A stretch of 64,000 nt of DNA from Phaeosaccion multiseriatum. Lineage: Eukaryota; Protista; Ochrophyta, other classes. Below, one piece after another: positions 51,314-62,785 of the stretch. The position numbers were made by a program, and so were the translations under genes. The notes beneath the pieces are model-generated. The model was not told the DNA's origin. It made no database searches and saw only the letters and a program-made list of their open reading frames with translations. Location of the stretch: NCBI GenBank assembly GCA_965112735.1, contig OZ218955.1, forward strand, positions 2,418,001 to 2,482,000, in the 5' to 3' direction. Each line of letters opens with the position of its first letter. Position 1 is the stretch's first letter.

Positions 51314-52991
51314 ATGGTTGCTGCCGCTGCACCCATGTTCACGGGGGCAAATAAGATCCAGAAGGCAGAGGGCGCGGAGGCCGCCAATGACTTCGAGAAG
51401 TCAGTCGCCACTGAGTTGTTCAACCTGCAGGTAAGGGAGAAGAAGAAGAGCTCGCGAGACCGGGCAACTGGGCAGGTGCATCAGCAGTCAGGGGGGGGCA
51501 TTGGTGGTAAGCTCGGAGTCTTCATGTCAGGAGGGCCATAAAACTTTCCTCTTACGCTCTTCCGGGGGCGGGAGCAGCGAAAGGAAGGGGGTGAGGAGCC
51601 GAGCACCGTGTGGAGAGGCTTGGGAGGGGGTGGGGGGAGTGGACGAGAGGCACTGTGTGAGGAAGGCCACTACGCGGACGATGGACTGTGATTCCGATCG
51701 CCAGCAGGAGAACAACCGATTTTGGAGCAATGCACCTCCTCCCTCGCACCGAGGAGGAAGACGAGGCGAGGAGTCGGGAGAGGCTGAGAGGAAAGTCCTT
51801 ACGATATCAGCATATGATTTGGAGCACAGTGCCTCGGCGCGGCAGCGGTTGCAGGGGTCCTTGCCTGCTTCTGAGGCCCCCTTTTCCGGCATGGTGCTGC
51901 TGGTGTCTAGGGCAAGGCCCCCGTGAGGAACTCATGGAGCCTCTACTCGTGTCTCTTTGAGGACTCGTGAGGACTCTGCTGAGCCGTTGGCGCCTCTGTG
52001 CCTCTACCCTCCCTTTTTTGTGTGTGTGTTTGGCATCTGCAGATGAGCGCCAGCGACATCAAGGCAGATCTGCAGGACCTCTACATCACAGAGGCCAAGG
52101 AGCTCGATGTCGGGGGGGGCAAGAAGGCCATCATCATCAAGGTAAGCGCCGGCAAAGAGCAGCGGAGCAGCAGAGCAGCGTCCATGTTTGTGTCATGTGT
52201 GTGTCCACACACCTCATCGCGTTTCTTCTCCCTTCCCTCCCCTCAACTGTGTGCTGCTATTGGCAGGTGCCCTTCCCTCTCCTCAAGTCATACCACAAGA
52301 TCCAACAGAGGCTGGTCAGGGAGCTGGAGAAGAAGTTCAGGTGAGACGCGCTTTTCGTCTCTTCTTCTGCTGTCAAACGCCCTTGTTTCTCAAAGCACAC
52401 GCCCTCTCCCTCTTGTCTTCTCTTGTCCTGCGCAGCGGTCGCCACGTCGTGATCATCGCCCAGCGCACCATCCTGGGCAAGGGCTACGCACGCTCCACCA
52501 AGACATCAGGACCCCGTCCTCGTTCCCGCACACTCACACACGTTCAGGTACGATACGGCTTTGGCGTAGAGGAAGGAAAGTGATGGAGATGAAGGACGTC
52601 TGGCCCTCCGTGCCTAATTTTTCTCTCTCTCTCTGTGGCCTGCAGGAAGCGATCCTGGACGACCTTGTGTACCCCACCGAGATTGTTGGCAAGCGCACCC
52701 GCTGCAAGCTTGACGGCTCCAGGCTGCTCAAGGTGCGTCTGCCCCGTCGGGGGAGGGGAGGGGAGAGTCCCTCGTACGAGCTTGCCGTGGGAGCCGAGGC
52801 CCCGCTGATCTGCCTACCCGCCTGACCACCTCTACCACCCTTCTCTGTCCCTCCCCCTCGACTCTTGACAGGTGCAACTGGACCCCAAGGACCAGGTCAA
52901 CGTGGAGACCAAGCTGGACACGTTTAGCTGCGTGTACAAGGAGCTCACAAAGAAGGACGTCGTGTTCGAGTTCCCTGTGCAAGAACCCTAG
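51314..52991 (+). CDS. RPS7: 40S ribosomal protein eS7 (6 exons)
   Basis: [65 protein letters not shown] and [22 protein letters not shown]. Confidence 0.98.
51915..51986 (+). ncRNA. Candidate intronic C/D-box snoRNA in RPS7 intron 1
   Basis: GTGAGGA (C-like) at 51923, TTGA (D'-like) at 51957, GTGAGGA (C'-like) at 51967, CTGA (D) at 51979. No target identified. Confidence 0.25.
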
Positions 52992-53289
52992 GCTCTTTCC
53001 TTGACCGCTCCACTTGCGCGTGGTCCTTTGAGCCCGAACACGGCAAAGCAGCAGCAGCAGCAGTAGGCCTGCGAGCAGCCAAGCCAAACGTGTTGCCTTA
53101 GTTGCCAACAGAGATGGTTGGTGAGGGCTGAGGCGATCGCCGACGCGTCTCTAATAAACCTCGTAAAAATGCTTGTCATTTCTTAAGTCATGCCTGCCTC
53201 CAAGCTCTGGTTCGTACGCACAAACGCAGACCAACCCGAGAATGGCGCTATTCATTACCTGACGTCATCGCGAGAAGGGAAAGGAGGTC

Positions 53290-54498
53290 TCAGGGCACGC
53301 CAAATGTTCTCCGCAGCTCTGTTAATGCCGACGGGGGGCGCGGCGCTCTCGCTGCTGCCTCACTAGCCTGCTCCTCGCCTTCCACCACAACGTAGCCATC
53401 GTCTTCGTCTGAGAGGGCCCCTTCGCCCCCGCTCTGCTCTCTCTGCATCCTGTCAAAGAGCCCAGCCAGGACAGACGTTTCCGGCGGCTCCAAGAAGCTC
53501 ACGTTCAGCTGGAACCGTCCCGTGCGGCTGAGCGCTCGGAGCCACTTTACGCACAGGTCCACTCGGCCTTGGCCGCATGGAACTGGTAGTGGTTGCAACT
53601 CGTCTGCTTCCCCCTTCCCTTCCTTTGCAGTGTGTGCGTCCCTGTCCCTCGGAAGCATGCCCGTTTCCATCCCTTTTGCTAGACAATCGATCACCTGCAC
53701 ATGGTGGGAATCCACCCATTACGACACCCGATTGATTTGGGACATGGTCAGCGGAGCCTGTCCATAGCCAGTTTTACAAGGCCTTGTTCTCTCCTTACCT
53801 GTCCTAGAATGTTGGTGTCCATTTCCACCCGGAACAGCTTCTCAATCCGGCCCACCCCCACCACCTCCAAGTACTCTCTCCTCTCCTCCGCACTGGGGCA
53901 CTTCCGCCGCCAGACCTTCTCGAACTCCATCAAGTCTTCTGGCGAGTTGCTGGGGACACCCTTTCCGCCCAGGGCATTCTGTGCATGGGCATAGTAGACG
54001 AGGGGAGCGGAGCCGGGATGGGTTGGCCAACCTTGCCGAGAAAGGTTCATCATGTTTGGCACGTACCTTTTTGCTCTTGTTCTTCTTCGTCGAGGAGCAC
54101 CGCCTGGCGCTATTGCTGCTCCGTCGTCTTGTTGCAGCAGTGCGAGCGTCCTCGGTCGTAGCGGAGCTCTGCTTCCGCCACCCTTTCTTGGAATCGCTGA
54201 GACTCTCCATCTCCGCACGGCTGTGACAACAACAAAAGGTGGGAAAGACCGTGGCTTAGGACAAAGCAGTCGACAAAGAGGACCCCCTCCCTCTCTTTAC
54301 GCACGTGACTGGGGTGAGTTGTGCGCATGAAACCATGTGACGGAACTCGTCGTAGGTTCCAGCGGAGTGGATTGCCCTCTTTTTCATGCTATCCTCTTTC
54401 TGCCTCTTATCGTCCTCGTTCAGCGCCGCCGCCAGCTCCTTGGCAAGGCAGGCGGTGTTGAGTTCCCCATCCACGTCGGTGATTGGAATCGAGGACAT
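53290..54498 (-). CDS. CCDC103: Dynein attachment factor CCDC103/DNAAF19 (multi-exon)
   Basis: LAKELAAALNEDDKRQKEDSMKKRAIHSAGTYDEFRHMVSCAQLTP (Dynein_attach_N) plus RPAP3_C-like EFEKVWRR..LRALSRTGRFQLNVSFL. Confidence 0.9.
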
Positions 54499-55001
54499 CT
54501 CTTTTCTCTCCCTCCCCCCCCGGACAGCAAGTGCCTCGGCGGTTACTCGATGAAGGCCTTTGGGCTGCCGCGATGCTCCCCCTTCCTTCACCCCGTCAAT
54601 CCGGAGATGCTTAGCGGTGGCCCTGCCCAGGTCACTTTAGTCGAGATCGACTCGACACGGGACTGTGGGGGTGGGCGGGCGCAGAAGAACAGCACACATA
54701 AAGGAGAGAAAGAATTGGGGATGAAAAGTAAAGGGATGGCACTGGACGGCAACCGATCCCAAACATATCCATCTCCCCATCACCCCAAAGATCCAAAGCT
54801 TGAACAACAAAACAAACAACACGCACACCACTACCACCCGCAGCAGTATTACGAGGATAAGCAGCAGAAGAAGAGGTAGTCACTGTGAGGGAACTATAGG
54901 CGGAGCAGTAGAATCGGCCGCGAGAAGCATGACCGTTGGTGCTGCTTCCGAGGTCTTCCCTCCCTAAAACAATTTACCTGTCTACCTTAAAGGACTGCAA
55001 G

Positions 55002-58000
55002 ATGCAACACCCCCCGTTTGGAAACAAGGTGGAAGCTAGGGAGATTCTTTTCGGTTGCGGTCCTTCCGGTTTCGCCAGCCCGGGCGCGGGTTCACAAGTG
55101 AAGAGCGGCCCGGAAGCGGAGGACTATATGGAGTTGGATCCTTCATTCGGGTCCACGGGAAGGGAAGTGGTTGTGGGGGTTGACGATTACGACATTGGGA
55201 GCAGCAACAGCAGCAGCAACACCAGCGCTTTTCTAGATCTTAGGAGCGAGCTTGTGGGGGAGGCTGGGGAGAATGACAACCCAACGTCAACAGGTATTCA
55301 TTTAAGGAGGAGAATGGGCGCGCAGGGAGAGGAACGGCGAGCAGCCGGGGCAGCAGCAGGATCAGCAGCAGGAGCAGAAGTAGGACGGGCTGCTCCTCTG
55401 ACCCCTATAGGGAACCGCTTACCGGTCGGCAGAGATGCCGCGGTTAAGAGCGTGAAGCAGAGGGGTACCCCTCCTTCAACCCCCCCGGCGGCCGCCACCC
55501 CATTCAGAGGTGGCAGGAAGTCCAGTTTCCCAGGTGGCGGGTACGGGTCAGGTGTCCCTACCACTGCTACGGCCCCCCGCCTCTCGGAAGGACTGCAGGT
55601 GCACAGCACGCCCCCCCTTCCGCTGGCGCCCAACACCAACCCCTTCGCCTCTCGCTCCAAGCTGAACCGCCGCCGCAGCAACCCGCTCCTGCTCCGAAAC
55701 GCTTCGGGTGGGAGACGGGCTCCTGCGGCTGCCTTTTCTGCCCCAGCTCGTGCGGCCTTCGCTCTCGTCGATAGAGACGATGCCGCCGGCTCCTGGTCCT
55801 TCTCCTCGTCGTCTCCCTCTACCCCCAAGGCAAAGACGGCATTGGAAGGGGAGTGGACGGGCCAGCACACCCAACACAGCGGCAGGAAGCCTTCCTCTGC
55901 TGGCATGGGTGGAGCTCACCACCAGCAGCAGCAGCACCATCAGCACCAGCGGCAGGGGCAGGACGGTGGTTTGACTGCTCCCGAGGAGACTGGGCTGGAT
56001 AAACGTGCCCAATCAGCAAGAGCAAGACCCGGTGTGGGGAAGAAGGCATTCGGCAGTCCTAGAGACTCTGTGGAAGCGGCAGCACAGAGGCCTGATCTCA
56101 GAAACGCGGCCTTTGAGGAGACGAAAAAGCTCCGCAGGACTTCCAGCTCTCCCTCAATCATCGTGCCGCCGCCCAACTCGGGAGGGCGAGGAGGAGGGGA
56201 AGGAGGAGGAGGAGGAGCAGGAGCAGGAGGAGGAGGGAGCGGAGGGAGTGGAGGAGGGCGGAGACGACGGCGAGATGACGGCGATGATGCATGGGACAGA
56301 TCCCCTCAGGGGCAGGTCCGTCTGTTGGAGAGGAGGCGGTCTGCGACGGAGCTGCGGAGTGTCTTTGCTTTGTCCCCCCGGCACCAGGAAGCACGCTTTG
56401 GCACTGGACAAAGGCGTTTCGCACTGGACCCCCCGTCCGGGAAGCGCCGTGGGTCGAGCTGCTCTGGAGCCGATGCGGGGCACTTGGGTGAGAGGCATTC
56501 GGGGAGTGTTGGTGCGTTCTTGGAACGAACTCATTCGGGGAGCAGCATCAAGACTACCATTAGCAGCAGCAGCGACAGCAGTAGTGTGGGCTGGGATGAC
56601 ACCGTTCTGGCATCATGCCATGAAGCAAAGCGGGGGTTCGAGGAGGAGGTGACCGAGCTTATGGGGCGGCAGCGGCAGGTTGGGCAGCACGGCGGCTTTT
56701 CTTTTCTCGCGGACGAGGCCGACGAAGAGAGAATGGACATGAGCATGATGATGGACTCCACCGTGGACTCAGACCTCGGCACCGCCGACTTCGTCTATTC
56801 CCGGTGAGTCAAGACAGATGGACAGACAGAGACACAGATAGACATGCTTCGGCTGTGGCCGTGCTGGCGCCTCTCTTACGTGCCACCCCTTGTTTTGCCC
56901 CGCCTTGCCCCCCTTTGTGTTGCCATCGCCAAGGCTGGAGGCGGACTTCGTGGCCATTGCCCTGGTGGGCAAGGGCAGCTTCGGAAGTGTGTTCAGCGTG
57001 CAGGGCCGGCTGGATGGCATGCTGTACGCTATCAAGGCCAGCCACCACGTCATCAAGGTGAGTGGAGTGGGCCGCCTCTTCCAGTTGTATCATATTTGTA
57101 CAACATCCCCCTTGTCGTTCACTCTAGCCAAAAGGGCGTTTCGAATGCGTCTCTTTGGCTAGGGGAAAGCAGAGTAGTTATTACCAAGCTGCTGCTGCCC
57201 GAGCCTCAGCTTCGCTTCGGCAATCACCCCTCCTGGACCTTTTACGTTCAGAAAAGCAGTGACTCTGATGACAACACGGCTCTCTCTCTCTCTCTCTCTC
57301 TCTGTCGAGCAGGGTATTCGCGACCTGGACACGAAAATGAAGGAAGTGTTTGCGCTGTCTGCGCTGTCGGACATGGCGGACATGACCCACATTGTGCGCT
57401 ACCACCAGGCGTGGATCGAGGACGAAATGCTCTTCATTCAGACGGAGCTCTGCGACTGCTCTCTGGAGAAACTCTTGATCGGGTGAGTGAGTGAGTGAGT
57501 GAGTGAACGGCAAGGAGCTAAGTCTCTTGTGTACACGAAAATTCACCGAGTCGGAATGCTTTTCGCTCCGCCACGCTGGTGCTGGCTGCCTCTCGACCCC
57601 CCCCCCCAGGCAAGCCGCCATGACCCTGGCCGAGGTGTGGGTGATGCTGCGGCACTCGCTGCTGGGCCTGGTGGTACTGCACACGCACGACCCGCCCATC
57701 GTGCACCTGGACATCAAGCCCGCCAACATTTTCGTCAAGGGCGAGCTGTACAAACTGGTTAGTAGGGAGGAAGGGGCAGAGAGTGTGTGCAGACGTGTGA
57801 GTGCGTGCGTGTGAGTGCAGAGAAATGGTAGCGTCGAACGTGAACGTGACCTCTGCTTGCACCCTCCCTTGCGCCACCTCCCACAGGGTGACTTTGGCCT
57901 GGTGACGCCGGCCGACCACCAGAGCGGCGATATCGTGGAAGGCGACGCCCGATACATGTCCAGGTAAGTTTGGCACAGCGAAGTGCGGAGGGAAGGAGTG

Positions 58001-58652
58001 CAACGCTCACTGACGGCAAGAGGTGTCTGTTGTCTCTGCCTCGTTTTGTTTGCCACAGGGAGCTGCTCAATGCCAACGGCCTGAGTCTGCCCAAGTGCGA
58101 CATCTTCTCGCTCGGTATCACCCTCTTCGAGATGCTGAAGGTGAGTGAGTGGAGTCTTCGTTCGGTGTGTGTCAAGTCAGGACTTGTCCAACTCATTTCA
58201 CTCACCTCTGCGCGGCCCCTTCCTTCTCTTTCTGCGCGCGCGTGCGTGTGCAGGGCGGTGAGCTGCCTCACAATGGCCCGGAGTGGCACGATCTGCGGGA
58301 CGGGCGGCTGAGCTTCGGGCTGGGGGTGACCAAAGACATGCAGGACATCGTAAGGGCCATGATGCACCCCGACCCTACCCAGAGACCCACCGCCAGCGAG
58401 CTCCTCAAGCACCCTCAGCTGTGCAGCGAAGTGGAGACGCAAATACGGGAGCAGCATGAGGCCACGGACAAGCTGCGGCAGGAGGTGGCCCAGCTGAGGG
58501 CCGAGAACGAGGCCCTCAGGGAGGGTAGTGCCGCTGCAGCTGCGGTGGAGGAGCTGAAGCGGCAGCTGGCGGAGGAGCGGGAGCGTAGCCATGCCCTCAG
58601 CGAGCAGGTCCAGCGTCTACACCCCACGGCCCTCAAGGAAGAGAGCAAGTAG
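55002..58652 (+). CDS. WEE1: Wee1/Myt1-family kinase (multi-exon)
   Basis: VGKGSFGSVF, LDGMLYAIK, KEVFALSAL, HIVRYHQAWIE, VHLDIKPANIF, KLGDFG, EGDARYMSREL, KCDIFSLG and LPHNGPEWHDLRDG, behind a long disordered N-terminus. Confidence 0.93.
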
Positions 58653-58874
58653 TTTAAAAGGAGGGGAGAGAGAAAGGGAATAAAAGTAATACGCTGGAAA
58701 TTACCAACGGGCACCCTCTCTTTGTTTTCTTCTTTCCTCTCCTATACCTCTACCTCCCCCTCGATGACCAGCCTTTACCCCCCCCCCCCCTAGTTGATAC
58801 CGCTACGGAGAGCGCCTCCACCCGGCCAAAGCTCCTTTTCTTATTATTTAACGCGCACAACCGTCATTTGTGTA

Positions 58875-61800
58875 ATGGCGAGCTCGTCGGACTCGACGCC
58901 GGCCGTGAGCAGCAGCCACAGCGGCAGCAGCAAGGAGAACAATGGCACGGCCCTCAAGTCGTTCCTAGGCCCTGACAGCCCTCGTCCTGCTGCTGGTAGT
59001 GCTTCAGGGGCAGTCACACCTCCCAAAAGGTAGGGGAGCTGTACCGAAGGGTGTAGACAGGAGGTCTACAGATCATCTGTGTAAGCCGTGTCTCACTCCG
59101 TCCCATGCTCACCCCACCCGTCGGTCCCTTCACGTGCGCCACCCCTCGGATTTCGTACCTCGCATGTTCTGTCTTTGCCGTGAGCAGGAGCGTTACCTCA
59201 CCCAGGACACGGCACAGCAGCCCCGCCACTCACACCAAGGCGGCCAAAGCGGGCGTCCTGTGTTGTAGAAAGGGCGCGCTGGTCAACAAGCGCACGGAGC
59301 AAGTCCTTCAGCGAAAGAGTGATGCCGGAGCGGCTCAGCTGCGCCTCAGCCATCTCACGGAAATTAATTTCCTCACCAGCCACAGAAGGTAAGGAAGGCA
59401 TGCCTCATATCAGCAGGTTGGCGTGTTTGTTTCTTTGAAGCCATTCTTTGCCCACAATGCACCAAGCAGAGCCAATATGGCCTCTTTAAGACGCCTGTCA
59501 TCACGGTGTATCAAGAAAGTTGTCGTCTTTTGATCCTTTCCCCGCCACTCACAAAGCCTCTCGTCCTCGCTCCGCCCTCTACGTGTGAATCATCTCCATA
59601 CACAGTGCTGGCAACGTGCGCCTCGCGGCGGATCGATTCCGGGGCTCGTCCAGTATAGAGACCATGGATGCGGCCGTTCTGCGGAACGCTGCGGAGGAGA
59701 GGAGGTACATGGAGAGCAAGAAGAGCGCCAGGAGACGCATGGCGCAGGACAGAGACGCGGTGGGGGAGGACGCCTTGCAGCAATTTAACCGCAAGGTGAG
59801 GCAGTCTCTCGGACTGAACTAATCCTCTGATTGTCCATACTTGTCCACATCTCCACCGCTCCCCTCACTCTGCGGCTTTCTTGCTTTGGACGCACCTCAC
59901 CCCCTGGCACAGATGTCCTTCGCCACGCCTGAGGGGAAGATCCGACTCTTGAGGCGGTGGGCGGCAGGGCTGCGAGCAAAAGGCGAGGAGCACAAGCTCA
60001 CAGAGGACGGGGCCCGTGAGTTCCTGCAGAGCAATGGCGTGCTCACCCCTCCTCCCCTCCCCGGCGCCAGTGGCAAGGGCCGCGGCAGGGGCAGGAGAAG
60101 GGACAAGCACCCCATGTGTCGCGCACCCTCGTCTGATGAGAGTCTGAGCAAGGTCCAGTGGGAAGCAGCCATCTCTGAAGTAGTGCAGCGAGCCCAGCGC
60201 TGCCGCAGCGAGGATATCGTGGTCGGGGAGAACCCCCACGAGGTTTGGGCCAAGAAAGAGGTGGACATGGCCGCAAGTGGGGAGCTTTACATTCACCGCC
60301 CCCGGGCTGCGACATCTCCGTCAGCGGTGGCCCCTGCTGCAGCTGCCGAGTACCCATCGGACGCAAAGAATGCTGTGGACTTGCGCACAACGGGTGGCAG
60401 CTCTCTCGGTGTGATCGAAGTGGACGAGCTCTGGAGCTCAGATGATGAAGATGAAATGCACGGTATCAGCAGTGGCGGTGACGGGTGGGGGCAGAAGCGA
60501 CCCGCCTCTTCGTCCGATGCAGAGTCTGAGGATGAGCTGAGGCTCGGCGGCGCCGAATGGGGAAACTCGTTTGTTGACACGACAGAGTTATCTTCCCCAG
60601 GGCCAGCAGCAGCAGCGGACGCGAATGTGACGAGGCGGCGACAGGATGTCTGCCGGCTTAGCACTGAGTCGGATGCTACAGACCTCATCGGACTCCACGT
60701 GGCCCTCCTGTCAGATGACGAAGGAGGCGAAGGCACTACGTCAGAAGACGAAGGGGAGGAGGAGGAGACTGTCTCCACTGAAGAAGCAGGAGGCAAGGCT
60801 ATCGCCAAGCGGAACATCGAGGAAGCTGCTGCTGCGGAGGCGAAGGCAACAGCTGAGGCGGTGGCAAGGCGTGAGGCCGAAGAAGCTGTTGCTGCTGCTG
60901 CTGCTGCTGCTGCCGCGGATACTGAGGCCGCTGAGGCTATCGCACGGCGCGAGGCTGAAGTTGCGGCTGCGGCTGCTGCCGAGGCCCAGGCTCTCGCAGA
61001 GCGCGAAGCTGCCGCTGCCGCTGCTCTTGCTGAGACGGAGGCAGCAACAGAGGTCGTTGTAAATCGAGAAGCTGAAGAAGCTACTGCTGCCGCAGAGGCG
61101 GAGGCTGCAGAAGCTGCCGCTGCAGCTGCCGAGGCTGAGGCTGAGGCTGAAGAAGCAGCCGCTGCCGCTGCTATTGTGGAAGCTGTAGCAAAGCGTGAGG
61201 CTGAAGCTGCTGCTGCTGCTGCTGCTGCAATGGAGGCCGAGAAGGCCCAGGCTATCGTAAAGCGGGAAACTGAAGTTGCTGCTGCTGCTGCCGAGGCCAA
61301 GGCTGTTGCAGAGCGCGAAGCTGCTGCTGCCGCTGCTATTGCGGAAGCTGTAGCAAGGCGTGAAGCTAAAGAAGCTGCTGCTGCGGAGACGAAGGCAGCT
61401 GAGGCTATCGCAAAGCGGGAAGCTGAAGTTGCTACCACTACTACAGCTGAGGCCGAGGCTGTCGCGAAACGCCAAGCTGCTGCCGCTGCTGCAGAGAGCA
61501 AGGCTGTAGCAGAGGCTGTAGGAAGGCGCGAGGCTGAAGAAACCGCTGCCGCTGCTGAGGCGGATGCAGCAACGGAAGCGAGTGCAGTGCGCGAGACTAA
61601 GCCTGCTGATGCTGGAGCCGGTGGTGTCGTTGCTGGTGGTGGTGCTGCGGTCGTCAGAAGCATTGTGCCAGTCCGAGCAAAGGCGAAGCCTCCAGTGGCA
61701 AGGGGGGAAGACGTGTACCAAGACTTTGATCAAGAGCACGACTCCGCGGCCAACATTTCTTCCGCCCACACCTGCTTCCCAGGTCTACTGGGCAGTCGCC

Positions 61801-62051
61801 TCGCGTCAGGGGATGGGGGTGAGAGAAGGACAGGATGGAGCAAGCCGTTGCACCCCGCTCTCAAGCCGGCCTACCCGTCGCAAGAGCACATCCCCGGAGC
61901 GAGCCTGCGGGGTGGGCACCTGCAGAGAATCGAGCCGCGCCCCGGCCGAAAGAACCTCATGACGTGTCTCTTGCCCTTCTACTTTCCGGGGCCGACCAAG
62001 GGCCAGCAGCGGCAGAATCAGCAAGGGGAGCCGGAGGAGGAGGCGAACTAG
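58875..62051 (+). CDS. Unknown protein with Ala/Glu-rich helical repeats (about 4 exons)
   Basis: Canonical introns link ORFs 58875-59030, 59187-59388, 59605-59795 and 59913-62051. Repeated AEA(V/I)A(K/R)REAE-A(n) units. Confidence 0.7.
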
Positions 62052-62542
62052 CCAGGCTCTCTCAGGCTGGAGGAGCTGTCAGTAAAAGCCATGGCTGGGA
62101 TGGCTGCGTGGAGAGGGATACGCGAAGGGTGACGAGGGATCACCCACCATCGCTACCAGGTCCAGCGTTTTGCACGGACGGTGCGAGAGGACCACTGTAT
62201 TTGTATGATTGTGATGATTTATGATGCACACAGCAGAGAGGAATGGCCGCTTAGCGGCTTGTTGAGTTAGATGGCGCAGCTGCAGGCCTAGAGGAGCGCT
62301 GCAGGCAGAAAGTGTTGTAAGGAGGGGTAGAGGAGTGAAGCACGATGGACAGACGAGCCGCGAAGATGAATACAGGGCATCCCCCTGAGGAGGACAAGCA
62401 CACATAAATCAAAAGTGTTATTCTAGTTTTGCGCCTCCCTTCCCTCTTCGCTGCTACCCGGTCGAGTTCACTCTATTCGAGCTCGCTAAGACTCAGACTC
62501 TGGCAGATGAGGCACAAAGGAATGGCACGAAAAGGGAGGAGA

Positions 62543-62703
62543 GTGTGAGTGAGTGAGGGAGTGAGTGAGTGAGGGAGTGAGTGAGAGGGCGAGTGGGCGA
62601 GTGGGCGAGTGAATAAGTGAATGAGTGAGTGAGTGGGTAAGTGGGCGAGTGAGTGGCTGGGTGAGTGGGTGGGTGCGTGCGTGCGCGTGTGGGTGAGTGA
62701 GTG
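62543..62703. repeat. (GAGT)n-type degenerate microsatellite upstream of GEX1
   Basis: Directly visible gagtgagt/gggcgagt runs. Confidence 0.85.
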
Positions 62704-62785
62704 AAAACGATGTAAAAGTAAAAGTCGCTTTGTGCGCTAGATTTTCCTCGTTCCATAGAGAGAGTATAAGCTCATACGGAAGGCC

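Noticed and set aside
51712-51735. U2-like Sm site GATTTTTGGAGCA in the RPS7 intron
   Set aside because: No U2 5' region or branch-point recognition sequence upstream.
60293-61769. Long minus-strand ORFs (456 and 342 aa)
   Set aside because: Antisense shadows of the GCT/GCC/GAG-rich repeat exon.
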